A stretch of DNA of 64,000 nucleotides from Octopus bimaculoides (GCF_001194135.2 NC_068994.1:55406219-55470218), one strand, 5' to 3'. Positions 25,420 to 38,597 are shown, numbered from the stretch's first letter. The notes: generated by a model not told the origin, from the sequence alone. Made by a program: numbers and translations.

Positions 25420-25837
25420 GAGAGAGATAGGGATAGAGACAGAGTAAAATAGATAAATAGAGAGAGAGAAGGAAAGAGAGAAAGAAGACTGAGCTAGGGT
25501 AAAGTGCATGAAAGAAAAGAGGAAGGGGTAAAGAAGAAAGGAAACATATATAGAGAGAGAGAAATAGAGAATGAGAGAAAGAGGAAGAAAAACAGAAAGA
25601 GAGAAATGGAAGAAAGAAAATCAAGAGGAAGAGAGTGTGAAAGTGAGGGGGAGAGAAAGGAAGAGAGAGGCAGGGACAAATGAATAAAAAGAGAGAGATG
25701 GATATGGAAGAGAGAAAGCTGAGAGAGAAAGAGAGAGAAGGTGAGAGTGAAAGAGAGGGAGAGTGAGGGAGAGGGGTAGATGAAAGGAAAAGAAAGAGTT
25801 GGATAAGAAATAAGGAAGCTTAGATAGATGGATAGAT

Positions 25838-25868
<31 letters not shown>

Positions 25869-26030
25869 CTGGGGGTGATAGAGAGGGGGTGCAAGAAAGA
25901 CACTCTGGAGAAAGTGGGGAGAGAGTGAGAAAGCGGGAGCAAGATGGTGAGAGAGAAGAGATAGTTGAAAGAGAAAGAGAGAAAAGCAAAGATGAAGGGA
26001 GAAAGAAAATTAAAGAAAAGAACAGGGTGG

Positions 26031-26064
<34 letters not shown>

Positions 26065-26100
26065 AGAGAGAGAGAGAGAGAGGGAAAAGAGAGGAAAAAG
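25270..26100. repeat. About 830-bp polypurine (GA/GAAA-rich) tract
   Basis: Directly visible; almost all purines on the + strand. Confidence 0.95.
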
Positions 26101-26918
26101 AAGATCTGGCAGTACAGATTATCTCACTGGAACAATGGCCGCCGTGGACAATAGAGTCATGCGCAGAAGTTGTCTAGATTTATACTGTCATTGGAAATTT
26201 TTGAATAATTAGAAATTCGCACTACCACATTCAGACACACTGCAGCACTGCAAACATATACAATCATATACGATAGGAATATCGTTGCAGACATATTTAT
26301 ATGTATGGATATTGAATATGTCATACGCATAAATAAAAACACATATTTGGTCGCATGCACACACTCACACACATATTATTGCGTGTGTATGGGTTAATAT
26401 ATGTATGTGCGTGAGTGTGTGTTCATATGTATATATNNNNNNNNNNNNNNNNNNNNNNNNNNNNNNNNNNNNNNNNNNNNNNNNNNNNNNNNNNNNNNNN
26501 NNNNNNNNNNNNNNNNNNNNNNNNNNNNNNNNNNNNNNNNNNNNNNNNNNNNNNNNNNNNNNNNNNNNNNNNNNNNNNNNNNNNNNNNNNNNNNNNNNNN
26601 NNNNNNNNNNNNNNNNNNNNNNNNNNNNNNNNNNNNNNNNNNNNNNNNNNNNNNNNNNNNNNNNNNNNNNNNNNNNNNNNNNNNNNNNNNNNNNNNNNNN
26701 NNNNNNNNNNNNNNNNNNNNNNNNNNNNNNNNNNNNNNNNNNNNNNNNNNNNNNNNNNNNNNNNNNNNNNNNNNNNNNNNNNNNNNNNNNNNNNNNNNNN
26801 NNNNNNNNNNNNNNNNNNNNNNNNNNNNNNNNNNNNNNNNNNNNNNNNNNNNNNNNNNNNNNNNNNNNNNNNNNNNNNNNNNNNNNNNNNNNNNNNNNNN
26901 NNNNNNNNNNNNNNNNNN

Positions 26919-26953
<35 letters not shown>

Positions 26954-27251
26954 CATACATATATACACTACAAACTACAAACACGTATATATACATAACT
27001 TTAGACATCCCACCACCCACTCATGAACAGATCCCTATCGATGTACCGTAATGCTTCACAAATATTTTCTACAATAATTATGAAGTTTTGAAGTCTTCAC
27101 GAAACGAACTTACAAACAATAAAAATACAACAACAACAATACCACAAACAACAAAGGGAGATAATAAAAATTAACATTAAGGCAAACAAATAATATAAAT
27201 GTAAAAAGTATATTACTACCATAACGAAGACGCGACATAATAGTAATAGTG

Positions 27252-27312
<61 letters not shown>

Positions 27313-27624
27313 GAGGGAAATCAAAATGAAACAGTGACAATAACAACCTCATTAACAAAAACATATAAAAAAATGCAAAAAATGTAAAAATATCAACAAA
27401 TTCGTCAACAAAACAATAAAAACAACAATTATAATAACATTTGTAAGAAGAAAGAGAAAAGAATAAAGACGAAAAATGCAATGAGAAATAAAATCCAGAC
27501 AAATTAGTGTTGTTGTTGTTGTTATTATTATTATCATTATTGTTATTATTATTATAATTATCATTATTATTATTTTGCTTTTTTAGATCTCTAAATCTAT
27601 TTTGAAGTGTTTATCATTATCACC

Positions 27625-27686
<62 letters not shown>

Positions 27687-27813
27687 CATTATTATTATTA
27701 TAAAATTTCCATCTTGTCTTTGGCAACTTATACTCTTTTTTTTTTAATATTTTCCTTTCATCTTCATTGCATAAAATTTATTTATTATTATATCCACTCC
27801 CACCTCGTCCAAA

Positions 27814-27848
<35 letters not shown>

Positions 27849-28910
27849 AATTAATAAATAAATTCTTTCTCTAAATTTTTCTGAATAAAATCATTAATTT
27901 CATCTTCTCTTGCAACGATCTTTGATCTTTTTATTACATTATTTCAATAAAAGGTTTTGTTATCTCTGTTCGTTCTGTTATTTATTATCGACGGCTCTAT
28001 GACGTCTGGTATATTTTAAAACTTTATGACTTCACCGACTGGGAAAAAAAAAATGACCGACTAAGTTAAAGGTATTTCCACTGGAGGCTTGCATAGCCGA
28101 GATTAATTCTACAGAAGATATTTCGTTTCGTTTCTGTTATATTCAAATGCATCAAGCTGTGGATTCTGACACATACTTTGCAAGCTTTGCATTCTTCGAA
28201 ATGTTTAAAATGCACAAGATAAAGATGAGCGATTTTAAAAATCGATTCATATCAGCTTTATGTTTCTGGTGGAAAAAAAAAACCCAAACAAAAAACGATC
28301 TTTATTCTGTTTGTGTCATTTTATAAATATATAGCGACAAGCAAGTAAATAGAGATCATACATCTCCAGAAAGTTTTCTTGAAGTGAAGTAAAAGCCGAA
28401 AAAAAATTACGGTCCCACAATGGAGTAGTTAGTGTGCAGAAGACATAAATCGCGTGGTTGAGCAGACGATAAGCGTTTACGTGATAAATCTAAGGAGTTG
28501 AGAGTAGATGACGTCGCAAACAGAGCTAGGAGTATATATATGAATATATATCCTGGAATGAGTAAAGGACGAGTCGAAATGAAATAGAGTTACTGAGATC
28601 AAGAGTCAGAGATAGATAAACAGAGATGATAAATAGGTCAGCTAATATAGTAATTTAAGTTGTCTTACGTATAAGATGGCCTCGTGACTTTTGTAATTTC
28701 TCTCTCTATCGGTGTATCAGTGATTTCGGATCTTATAAAAGTATTATTGATGGACAATGAGAGAAGCCATGCCGTAAGTATGATGGAAATTAAACGTTGA
28801 AATCTAATTCCATCAACAGCTTGAACAAACCGTTCGATAACTTAAGAAGCTTTCGTTAAGAACTTCAGCTAGTAAATCTTACCTTGTGTGTGTGTATGAG
28901 TCTGAGTGTA

Positions 28911-28947
<37 letters not shown>

Positions 28948-28953
28948 GTGTGA

Positions 28954-29016
<63 letters not shown>

Positions 29017-29118
29017 TATATAGAGAGAGCGAGATAGACAGATAGGTATGTATACGTATATATATATACGTGTGCGCACGCGCGTGTGCGTGTGTGTGTC
29101 AGTGTTTTTATGTGTATG

Positions 29119-29192
<74 letters not shown>

Positions 29193-29332
29193 GACATATG
29201 TATTTATATAAGTATCTAGCTAGGTAGATATACATATATGTGTGTATATATATATCTATATCTATATCAATATCCCAACATTCATCTATCTACCTAGCTA
29301 ACTACCTATATATGGGAGAATATGCAAATAAT

Positions 29333-29506
29333 AACAACAGACGAGGACAGGTGGTGTAAATAACAAAAGGATGTATTAGTATGACGCTCGGGAATACGGA
29401 AAGTCTTTGACGTTTCGAGCTACGCTCTTCAACAGAAAGAATACGGAGACAAGGAGAAAAACACGGAGAAAAAAAATTAAATAGTGTTCAGTCAACGGTC
29501 AATCAT
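29333..29506 (-). mobile_element. Putative Penelope-like pseudo-LTR repeat carrying a hammerhead-like motif
   Basis: Non-microsatellite island containing the fold at 29404-29440; a PLE RT fragment lies on the same strand about 0.9 kb away. Confidence 0.55.
29404..29440 (-). ncRNA. Minimal type I hammerhead-like motif with variant core (CUGUUGA)
   Basis: Minus strand: UCUUU CUGUUGA A GAGC GUA GCUC GAA ACGU C AAAGA. Stem I 5 bp, stem II 4 bp, palindromic ACGU stem III, GUC triplet. A6 is replaced by U. Confidence 0.55.
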
Positions 29507-29740
29507 ATATAAATATATACACCTACCTACTGTCTCTCTCCCTCTCTCTCTCACAGACACACACGCCCGCACACGCTCACACACACTTACACACACACAC
29601 ACACACACACACACGCNNNNNNNNNNCGACACTTTAGTGAAGTGCCTGTGTCAATAGTTGATTTAGGTAACATTGGACAGACTAGACTACTTACTATTAT
29701 AACGTTTGTTTGGTTGCATTGTCAGAATGTGAAAGAGTGA

Positions 29741-29814
<74 letters not shown>

Positions 29815-29994
29815 AAGAAACAGAGGGAATGAGAAAATAAAGCCACTTCCAAAAGAGAAAATTTGCAATGAAAGTCAAAGCATACAGTCAAAGCAAAACG
29901 TCACGTTCCCCTCAAATAAAAATGTTTATTGAGAATGGCATTTACCTAACAATGGCGATATGTACTTTAAGTAATTTTTGTTTCGTTGTATTCA

Positions 29995-30240
29995 ATAGCA
30001 GAATGTCTGTACGCTTCTCATCCTGTGGATTTAAGTTCAAATCCCATCCTGTGGATTTGCATCTCACCTTGGGCAGGTGTCTTGTACTACAGCGTCCGAC
30101 AGACCAAAGTTTTGTGGAGCAGATTTCGTTGCCGGAAACTGAGAGAAGCCTGTCAAATGTATGTATGTATGTATGCATGCTTGTATGTATGTATGTACGT
30201 ATGTATGTATGTACGTACGTAAGTACGTACTGATGTATGA
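29995..30240 (+). mobile_element. Older CORE-type SINE family A copy with (TATG)n
   Basis: caccttgggcaggtgtcttgtactacag...gaccaaagttttgtg...ggaaactgagagaagcc. Confidence 0.7.
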
Positions 30241-30254
30241 ATGTATGCATGTAT

Positions 30255-30573
30255 GTCATTATTCAGTTTATTTCACTATTTCTTGCCAATAGAGAAAGAA
30301 CCGGTTTCTAACCTAGTTCGAAGGCTTCATTGGAATTTCAGCATCAACAGGGCATTTTGAAATTGCCAGTGCCTCATCTCTATATAGACCAAAGCTAGTA
30401 GAAAGGAATTTCTTTTTGAGTATGTCCAGCATAAATAAACCGACGAGGCCACACACGCCTGCACTGTCAAAAGCACCCATCCCTACGTCGAAGGAACCCT
30501 CTGGGTCGGTGCGTTTGGTCCATGATAATGTGTGTATCCTCGTCGTTGACTTCGGTAAAGTTTCTGGCAAAGT

Positions 30574-30574
<1 letters not shown>
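30255..30574 (-). mobile_element. Penelope-like element RT fragment fused to a short tail
   Basis: Minus strand DFARNFTEVNDEDTHIIM, then in another frame WTKRTDPEGSFDVGMGAFDSAGVCGLVGLFMLDILKKKFLSTSFGLYRDEALAISK. This matches PLE RT motifs FDVxMGxxDxAExCxLVG and GLYRDDGL. Confidence 0.85.
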
Positions 30575-30599
<25 letters not shown>

Positions 30600-30607
<8 letters not shown>

Positions 30608-30700
30608 TACGACATTCTTCGTTCGGTTCCCATCTACCAAATTAACTCACAGAGATTGGTTGGCCCGAGGGTATAACAAAAGACACTTGCCCAAAGTGTG
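30600..30700 (-). mobile_element. SINE family A fragment
   Basis: ccatctaccaaattaactcacagagattggttggcccgagg...aagacacttgcccaaagtg. Confidence 0.75.
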
Positions 30701-30744
30701 TGTATATACATATATATATACATATATATATGCATGTATACATA

Positions 30745-30818
<74 letters not shown>

Positions 30819-31081
30819 TATCTATGTATGTTTGTGTGCATGGATTACTGTAAGGTAACTTTATAACAATGTTCAATAGTTCAATAGGAAAGGGCAGCAA
30901 GTAAACCATTAAGTTTCAATATTTGTCAATCGATTTAAAAGAAGTTTACATATTTGTTAATTGATCTAGAATAGACAGCAATGCAAATATACAATGATAA
31001 ACATTTATAGATTTTTATGAAAATAACTAAATGGAGCTTGAAAGTCCTGCCAGATAGATAGGCACACACACACACACACAC

Positions 31082-31147
<66 letters not shown>

Positions 31148-31695
31148 TCTCTCCACACATATATATATATGGAGAGAGACATATACATATATACATATAT
31201 ATATACACATAGAGAGAGCCAGATGGATATGCACATAAATGTATACATATACATATATATATATGTTTGTGTGTGTGTGTGTGTAAAATTCTTACTCTTA
31301 CAGGTACATGTACATATATAGTTACACACATGTACACATATACACACGCGTTCGTATATGCATATATAGCTATGTATGTATGTATAAACATATAAGCTCA
31401 CACTCTTATGTTGGCTGATGGATAGATGATACATTTATACAATAGGTGTATATATATATATATATATATATATGAATGTAGGTTTGTATGAGTGCATGTG
31501 TGTATGTATGTATGTATTGTAATAAATACGTGTTTTTATGCGTATTTATTACAATTCGTGCATGTATATATTTATGCGCGTGTATGGTAGTCTATACAAA
31601 ATAGGGTAACGACAGTGAAGTGGGTAAACAAAAAGAGAAAGAGAAAGCGTAATGATTTGAAAATAACAATGATGGTGATGATGATGATGATGATG

Positions 31696-31763
<68 letters not shown>

Positions 31764-32812
31764 GAGAAGAGCGCAAGCAAAGTTTGGCGCCCATAACAGA
31801 AAATAATTTAAAATGGCTGAAAAGGAAAATTCGTATATAGTTGCCAAATACCGTTTAACAAAGTAATTACAGCCAAACTAAACACATACATGACTGAAGA
31901 GTCTTCTTGTCTGAGTTTATGAATTTTAGGTGGTTGTTTAAAATGTCCTTCACAATATGACGTGGGATTACTATTTTCATAATAATGCTTGCAAGTGGCC
32001 GATTCGACGCCGGCGTTCGTGTGCACAATTGCAGCAAACAGCAAATGTTTGTCTGCATAAAGTTCCAGTTCACTTTATCGCTGCTGATTGATACAGACTC
32101 TCTGTCAGTGTTTTCATTCTCTGCTTAATGAAGTATTCATTGATATAAGCATTGAGCATGTTATATAACAGAAACAATTTCCACAGGTTTGAACCTCCCG
32201 CTGTAAAGAGCTTTGTAATGATTTTATTCTTATATAGATACGAAGAAATGCTTTTGGTCCTTTTTATGACTGTTTATGCATGAAACCCCGTTTATTCACA
32301 TGCGAAATTGTGTAGTGCAGATATAAAGTTTTGTATTGTGAGATAATTATATATTTAAAAACATTTTGTGCGTTGTTGGTGTTATTGTTGTTGCTGTTGT
32401 ATACTAAGAGACCAGAGATATATGGAAGTAATCAAAAGCATGTCGTTTTTTCTTTCTAATTTTTTTTCCGTGACTTCACTGTATATTATCAAATATGCTC
32501 CGCTATCAGACAGTAAGATATGATCAGAACGATATTTAGCTGGTATATTTAACCAGTTGAACGATATCAGTTAGTCAGCAGATTGAAGCTACTAGGCTGC
32601 AACATCCAAAAAATTTAACAGGAAGTATCGATTCAATGAATGAAAGGAAGTCTCTTCAAATCGTTGTCTGCTCTTTCAACAAATTTCGAAAATTTGGCAA
32701 ATGTTGCTGGTGAGAATCTACAAAGTGGCAACGTTACTCCGAAGTCGTTTACCCAGTAGAGTTCTTGAAGTAAAGCAAGCGCGCGCATACACGAACACTT
32801 ATGTACATCTAA

Positions 32813-32871
<59 letters not shown>

Positions 32872-33189
32872 GTCTGTCTATCTATCTTTAAATCGGCTGT
32901 TGATAAGAAAGTACGTACCTACCTATCTACACACAAACACGCACACACACACACACACGCACGCATAAACAGACAGACAGTGAGACAAACACAAATCACA
33001 CACACACATGTGCGAGCGTGGTTGAAAGGTTTCATATGCAATTACGAGGCTCTGGGCTGGTTCTTTCTGCTTAGCACCATGAGCAAGTGTTTACTAATAT
33101 AACCTCTATCTATATCCGTTTATCTATCTACCAACCTTAGTTGTTATTTGTAACAGGTAAAGCAACACCACAAAATCTCCTTCATTGTA

Positions 33190-33680
33190 TGAATCACTTT
33201 TAATCGACCACAAAAATACCATACATGACATTTGTTTCATCGACCTCAGTGGCTGATATATGAGCCTTATCAACATCAATATTTAAGCATTAAATTCTAT
33301 AAAAATGGATCGGAAATACAGTTAAATATTCAAGGAATATTGGTTTCAAATTTTAGCACAAGGTCAGTAATTTCGGGGGTGAGAGTAAGTAGATTAGATT
33401 GACCCCAAAGCTCAACTGGTACTTATTTTATCAACTCCGAAAGAAAGAAAATCAAAGTCAGCCTCGGTGGAATTTGAATTCAGACCGTAAGGACGAATGA
33501 AATACTGCCAAGCATTTTGCCAGCTCGCCGCCTCACATCTAAAGATTCTGTCAGCGTGCCGTCTTTATAATCAGGGAATATTGCTTGCATCACATTAACG
33601 GGTCCCGATATATACAATACACAGTATTTATTTCATCGACCCCAGATAGCTGAAATACACGATTAAACACGGATAAATTT
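33190..33680 (-). mobile_element. Cluster of family M SINEs (best copy 33341-33533)
   Basis: ggtacttattttatcaactccgaaagaaagaaaatcaaagtcagcctcggtggaatttgaattcagacc...gccagctcgccgcct, plus older fragments on each side. Confidence 0.85.
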
Positions 33681-34294
33681 TGAAATTATAAACGTCGTTC
33701 AAACACTTCCCTCATCAAATCCCTTTCGACATTTAAATATTCAATAATACAGCATAGACAAGAAATATCTGCAACGCTTTACAAATCAATCTCTTCAAAA
33801 GCAAGATATTCGCATTACATTCCATTCTATACAGTCTGGCTTGGCATTGTTGAATAATTGTTTGAATCCACGTGAAATCATATGTAAAGACTTGAAAATA
33901 TTCCCAGCGATTCAACACCATCTACCTACGACACTTAACAACGATAAAGAGGGTACTTCTGCTAAGGATATCACTCATAAAAGTCTTCAGTTACTTCAAG
34001 AAAACTGCAATCCAAGTGACGCTAATTTATTTCTCGCCTTACTGCCTCTATCTACATCCATATTATATCACAAGTAAATCACGTTCGCATCACGTTTAAA
34101 TCACGTGTGTGTCAGATATATATCACGTTCCGTGCCTCTTTCATTCAGCCAAGCGTTACTTAACCGTTTTTCTTACCGTTCAACGTCGTTTTAAATCACA
34201 GTCGAAACGAAATCAATTTTCGTAAGCACGGAGGTGTGTACGTGGATGTGCTAGTGTGTGTTTGAGTGTGTGTGAGAGAGAGAGAAAGACAAAA

Positions 34295-34337
<43 letters not shown>

Positions 34338-34906
34338 GGGAGAGAGAGAGGGANNNNNNNNNNNNNNNNNNNNNNNNNNNNNNNNNNNNNNNNNNNNNNN
34401 NNNNNNNNNNNNNNNNNNNNNNNNNNNNNNNNNNNNNNNNNNNNNNNNNNNNNNNNNNNNNNNNNNNNNNNNNNNNNNNNNNNNNNNNNNNNNNNNNNNN
34501 NNNNNNNNNNNNNNNNNNNNNNNNNNNNNNNNNNNNNNNNNNNNNNNNNNNNNNNNNNNNNNNNNNNNNNNNNNNNNNNNNNNNNNNNNNNNNNNNNNNN
34601 NNNNNNNNNNNNNNNNNNNNNNNNNNNNNNNNNNNNNNNNNNNNNNNNNNNNNNNNNNNNNNNNNNNNNNNNNNNNNNCATACACACACATGTATGTATA
34701 TATACATATATTCACACATGCATAATCACAAGTTTGTATGCATATATATGTATATGTAAACGCGCACACACACACTGACACACATATCTATGTATCTATA
34801 TATACATACACACACATGTATGTATATATACATATATATACTTACGTGCATACACATAATCACAGACTAACACATACAAACACACACACGTACACACACA
34901 CACTCA

Positions 34907-34959
<53 letters not shown>

Positions 34960-35514
34960 ATGAAAAGCATTGGATATCTAACGCATGTGTTGTTGCCGGG
35001 GTATTTTACTTATTTAGCGCACAATAGAACACTGTTGCCTTCTATTGGCAATATCCTTAATGAATACGGTATATAACTTATTGTGCCATTACACAATAGA
35101 ATCTGCTGGTATCAGGGAGAAAGGCTTTTTATTAATGCCTTCAGGTTCAAAGAGTCTTCTAGGGGACGTTATCATTAATAACATCTGTAGCATTGAAGCC
35201 TTTCATTATTTTCCGTTTCATTTTGTTTTTTTTATGATATTATTTTTTCCCTCCTGTTTGGTTTCATACAAAAGGCTTTGAATAAACAACTGGGACAAAA
35301 ATAATATAATATCTATATTAGACAGAAGATGATGAAGACTTGTATTAGTAACATGTGTTAGTGATATTTGATCCTATTAAAACATCATACGCTCATCACA
35401 CACACACATATATATACACATATGTACACACACCATACATATATGTACTTATGTGTGTGAAAAAAAAAAAAAAATATATATATATACATACATATATATG
35501 TTTATATATATGTA

Positions 35515-35836
35515 GAAGGCGCCTGGCTTCGAGCTTACGATCGTGAGTTGTGAGTTCGAATCTCGGACCGGGCTGCGTGTTGTGTTCTTGAGCAAGTCAC
35601 TTTATTTCACGTTGCTCCAGTTCACTTAGCTGTAGAAATGATTTGCGACGTCACAGGTGCCAAGCTGTATCGGCCCCTTTGCTTTTCCCTTGGAGAACAC
35701 TGGTGGCATGAAAAAGGGAGGCTGGTATGCATGGGCGATTGCTGGTCTTTCATAAAACAACCTTGCCCGAACTTGTGCCTGAGAGGGTAACTTTGTAGGT
35801 GCAATCCCATGGTCAGTCATGACCGAAGGGGGTCTC
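35515..35836 (+). mobile_element. CORE-type SINE family B, tail type 2
   Basis: tRNA-like head with gagttcgaatc; CORE gtgttcttgagcaagtcactttatttcacgttgctccag; tail gcgacgtcacaggtgccaagctgtatcggcccc...gaccgaagggggtctc. Confidence 0.9.
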
Positions 35837-35839
35837 AGC

Positions 35840-35875
<36 letters not shown>

Positions 35876-35929
35876 ATATATATATCTATGTATGTGTGTG
35901 TGTATGTATAGATACCTGTATATTGGAAT

Positions 35930-36300
35930 CCCTGGACGCCCAGTGACCAGTAGCAAAAGAAGCATGTAGGTTTCCATATAAATATTACAGTACGGCAGAT
36001 GGCAGATCCCTTCTTATAGCTTCTAGATCTTGAAAAAGAGTGTTAGCTGAGCCTGCTATTGGCTTAATTCATTGCAAAAATACCTTCCATAGCGTTTGGG
36101 GTGATGCACAGAACATCACAGTTTTTCAGGAAGGCACGTTCAGGATGTACTACTACCATTATGTTTCTGCTGTCAACATTCATATGAGTTTCAGTCGAGG
36201 CGAGCGTCAGACACGGCGATATCATCATTGCAAAGCTCTTCATCGCATGCCTAGTAATTTTCATGAGTGACATTTGAATGCAAAGATGGTGTCAACATCA
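35930..36300 (-). mobile_element. Possible very old RTE-like LINE 3-prime fossil
   Basis: Weak remnants SNV...DEELCNDDIAVSD...RLKL...HPE, resembling RTE C-terminal NEELY..L..VS...RRL....HPE. Confidence 0.25.
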
Positions 36301-36361
36301 ACAGCGTGCAACTAACACGTTTCCCAATTTAAAGTTGATTTCGTGCTTATAGTAGAAACAT

Positions 36362-36830
36362 GGAATTCTGGCACAAGGCCAGTAATTTCGGGGGTGGAAG
36401 CTAGTCAATTCGATCGACCCCAGTCCACAAACTGGTACTTATTTTATCAACCCAGTAAAGATGAAGACAAAGTCGACCACGGCAAAGTTTGAACTCAGAA
36501 CGTAAAGATGTATGGAATGCCACAAATCGTTTTACCCAGTCTGCTAATGATTCTGCCAGCTGCCGCCCTAAACGACATAGATATTAATTTTTAATAGAGG
36601 TGAAAAAGCCACATATTTTTGATAGGATGGTGATGGTTGCGGCTGTGGATGGGTTTAATCAATCAATTTATGCTCAGTAGTTGTCAGTCAGATATTTTAT
36701 TTTCTCCACACAGTAATGATCAAAAGTAAATTTGACCTCAATGGGATTTGAACTCACAACAGCCATAAAGAGGCGTGACGAAATAACGTAAGGTATTTTC
36801 TCCAGCTCTTTATCTATTCTCTCACTCCAC
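36362..36830 (-). mobile_element. Two family M SINEs (36362-36568 and older, about 36640-36830)
   Basis: ggcacaaggccagtaatttcggggg...ggtacttattttatcaacc...caaagtcgaccacggcaaagtttgaactcagaacg...ttctgccagctgccgccct. Confidence 0.85.
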
Positions 36831-37789
36831 AACCCCTTAAATACCTGAAATACTAAAGGTTTGTTTGTCTAGATCGGTATGCCCCATATATTCATTAGCG
36901 CATATTTTACACTTTATTATCTTGTTAATATTCCGACTGTTTATCTTGTGAATTTCTCTTCCCACCGCCATTTTGTTTGAAATATCTTCATTTTATTTTA
37001 TTTTTGCCTTCATTACAACTTTTTCATCTCAATTTTTAGCTTTATATAATGCTTTCGCTATATTTTGTTTTCCCTATTACATTTTACACTACCCACACTA
37101 CACATGCATATTCTCTCACTGCATTTAGTTGACATTTTAAGCGCAATTTTTATGATCTTCTTCTTATTTTGTTGCTTTCGATGTTTTGGTTTTCCGATGT
37201 TCTGCATTTGTAATTAAAATGTAAATTTATTCTGTTCAACTTGGCTATTCAAAGTGAACATTGTTTCTTTTTGTTGTTGCTTTAAAAATAAAAGTTAAAA
37301 TGAAATAAAATGTGATATAAAAAAGCCTATAAAATGTAAATATAAATATAAACTATGAATAAACAAGGAAATAAATACACATTTTACCACAAAAACAACA
37401 AAATTTTTCCTGGAAAATAATAAATCAGGAACTGAAGTTGCAGCTATTTTTAAAAGTGAGGCGAGAGTTTATTTAATTCATTTTCTGCTTATTTTTGTTT
37501 TTTAGATATTTTCTAAACTCTAAAATAACACAAAAATAAATAATAAAAGAACAAGGATTTTAAAAATGAGACAAAAAAAAAATAGGTAAGGAATCGCCAA
37601 AAATTAACAAAAATGAAACGTACTTGACATTCCATACAACAAAACATTTTCTGATAACTGATGCGAAACGAGTAAAAATCGTTTTTTTTTTTGGTATTAT
37701 TCAGAGAATTTTTTGACGTTTTTTTTATTATTTATAACTCTTTCGAAACATGGCTATTCTTCACATTTTTGTTTCAATGACGAAAACTT

Positions 37790-38030
37790 AGCAGAAATCT
37801 CGACGGGATAGACCTTACTTTTCATTTTAGCAGGATCAATAAAACAAATACCATTATAGTACTTGGCGTTGAATCAATTGACTACAGTGCCACCGCAGCA
37901 GAAATTGGTCTTGTGCCAATGTAAGAGATCAATACCAAATTGTGTTTCCACAGGGATTAACACTTTGCTCTTCATCACACTGACAAAGTTAAAACAACAA
38001 CTAACGATGCACTCAATAGAGGTGACGTTG
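37790..38030 (+). mobile_element. Two ancient family M SINE remnants
   Basis: The reverse complement ggtatttgttttattgatcctgctaaaatgaaaagtaaggtctatcccgtcgagatt aligns without gaps to ggtacttattttatcgaccccgaaaggatgaaaggcaaagtcgacctcggcggaatt. Confidence 0.55.
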
Positions 38031-38597
38031 CGTATTTTTGGAAAGTCCATGCGGAGCCTTAAAATGGTAGCCATAAAAAACGTTATGAAATTAAAGAGAA
38101 AGTTACACAATTATATTAAGTCCCATCTCTGTATCTGCATATTTCATATACGATATATTAATAAGAGAATTCGAAATATGTGGTAAGAAAGATAGATTTA
38201 CAGATATGTTAGTTAGATTTCAGATGTCTAATACCTAAATCATTTTTAAAAAATCGATATGTTATAGGTTCGATATTTAGACAAGTATGTATGTTAGTGA
38301 TAATATATTTGAAACACTGGGCTTTAATATGACAACTAGAAATCATTATGGAATGAGGCAGATAGATTTTTGAGAGAGATTTCACATATTCATTAAAGAG
38401 ATGATTATAAATATCTATTAATAAGTGATGAGTTCGATAGGCAGATAAGTACGTAAGCTGGTTGTAATATATTTCGGAGATGGGACACTGAAATTACTAG
38501 AAATGAATGAAATGAGAGCTCGTGCTAACATACTTAGGACATCGAGTAACCAAAAAATATAGATAAGTAAAAGAGTGCTAATATGTTTAGTACACAA

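Noticed and set aside
28830-28872. Minus-strand CUGAAG...GAAAGCUU hammerhead-like string
   Set aside because: Core is short or has A9 changed, and stem I is only 2 bp.
33748-34077. About 110-codon open frame (+)
   Set aside because: No recognisable motif and no convincing donor; one such frame could arise by chance in this much sequence.
37863-38186. ORFs on both strands with an apparent internal peptide repeat (MKSKV..PVE)
   Set aside because: The repeat comes from two ancient family M SINE remnants.
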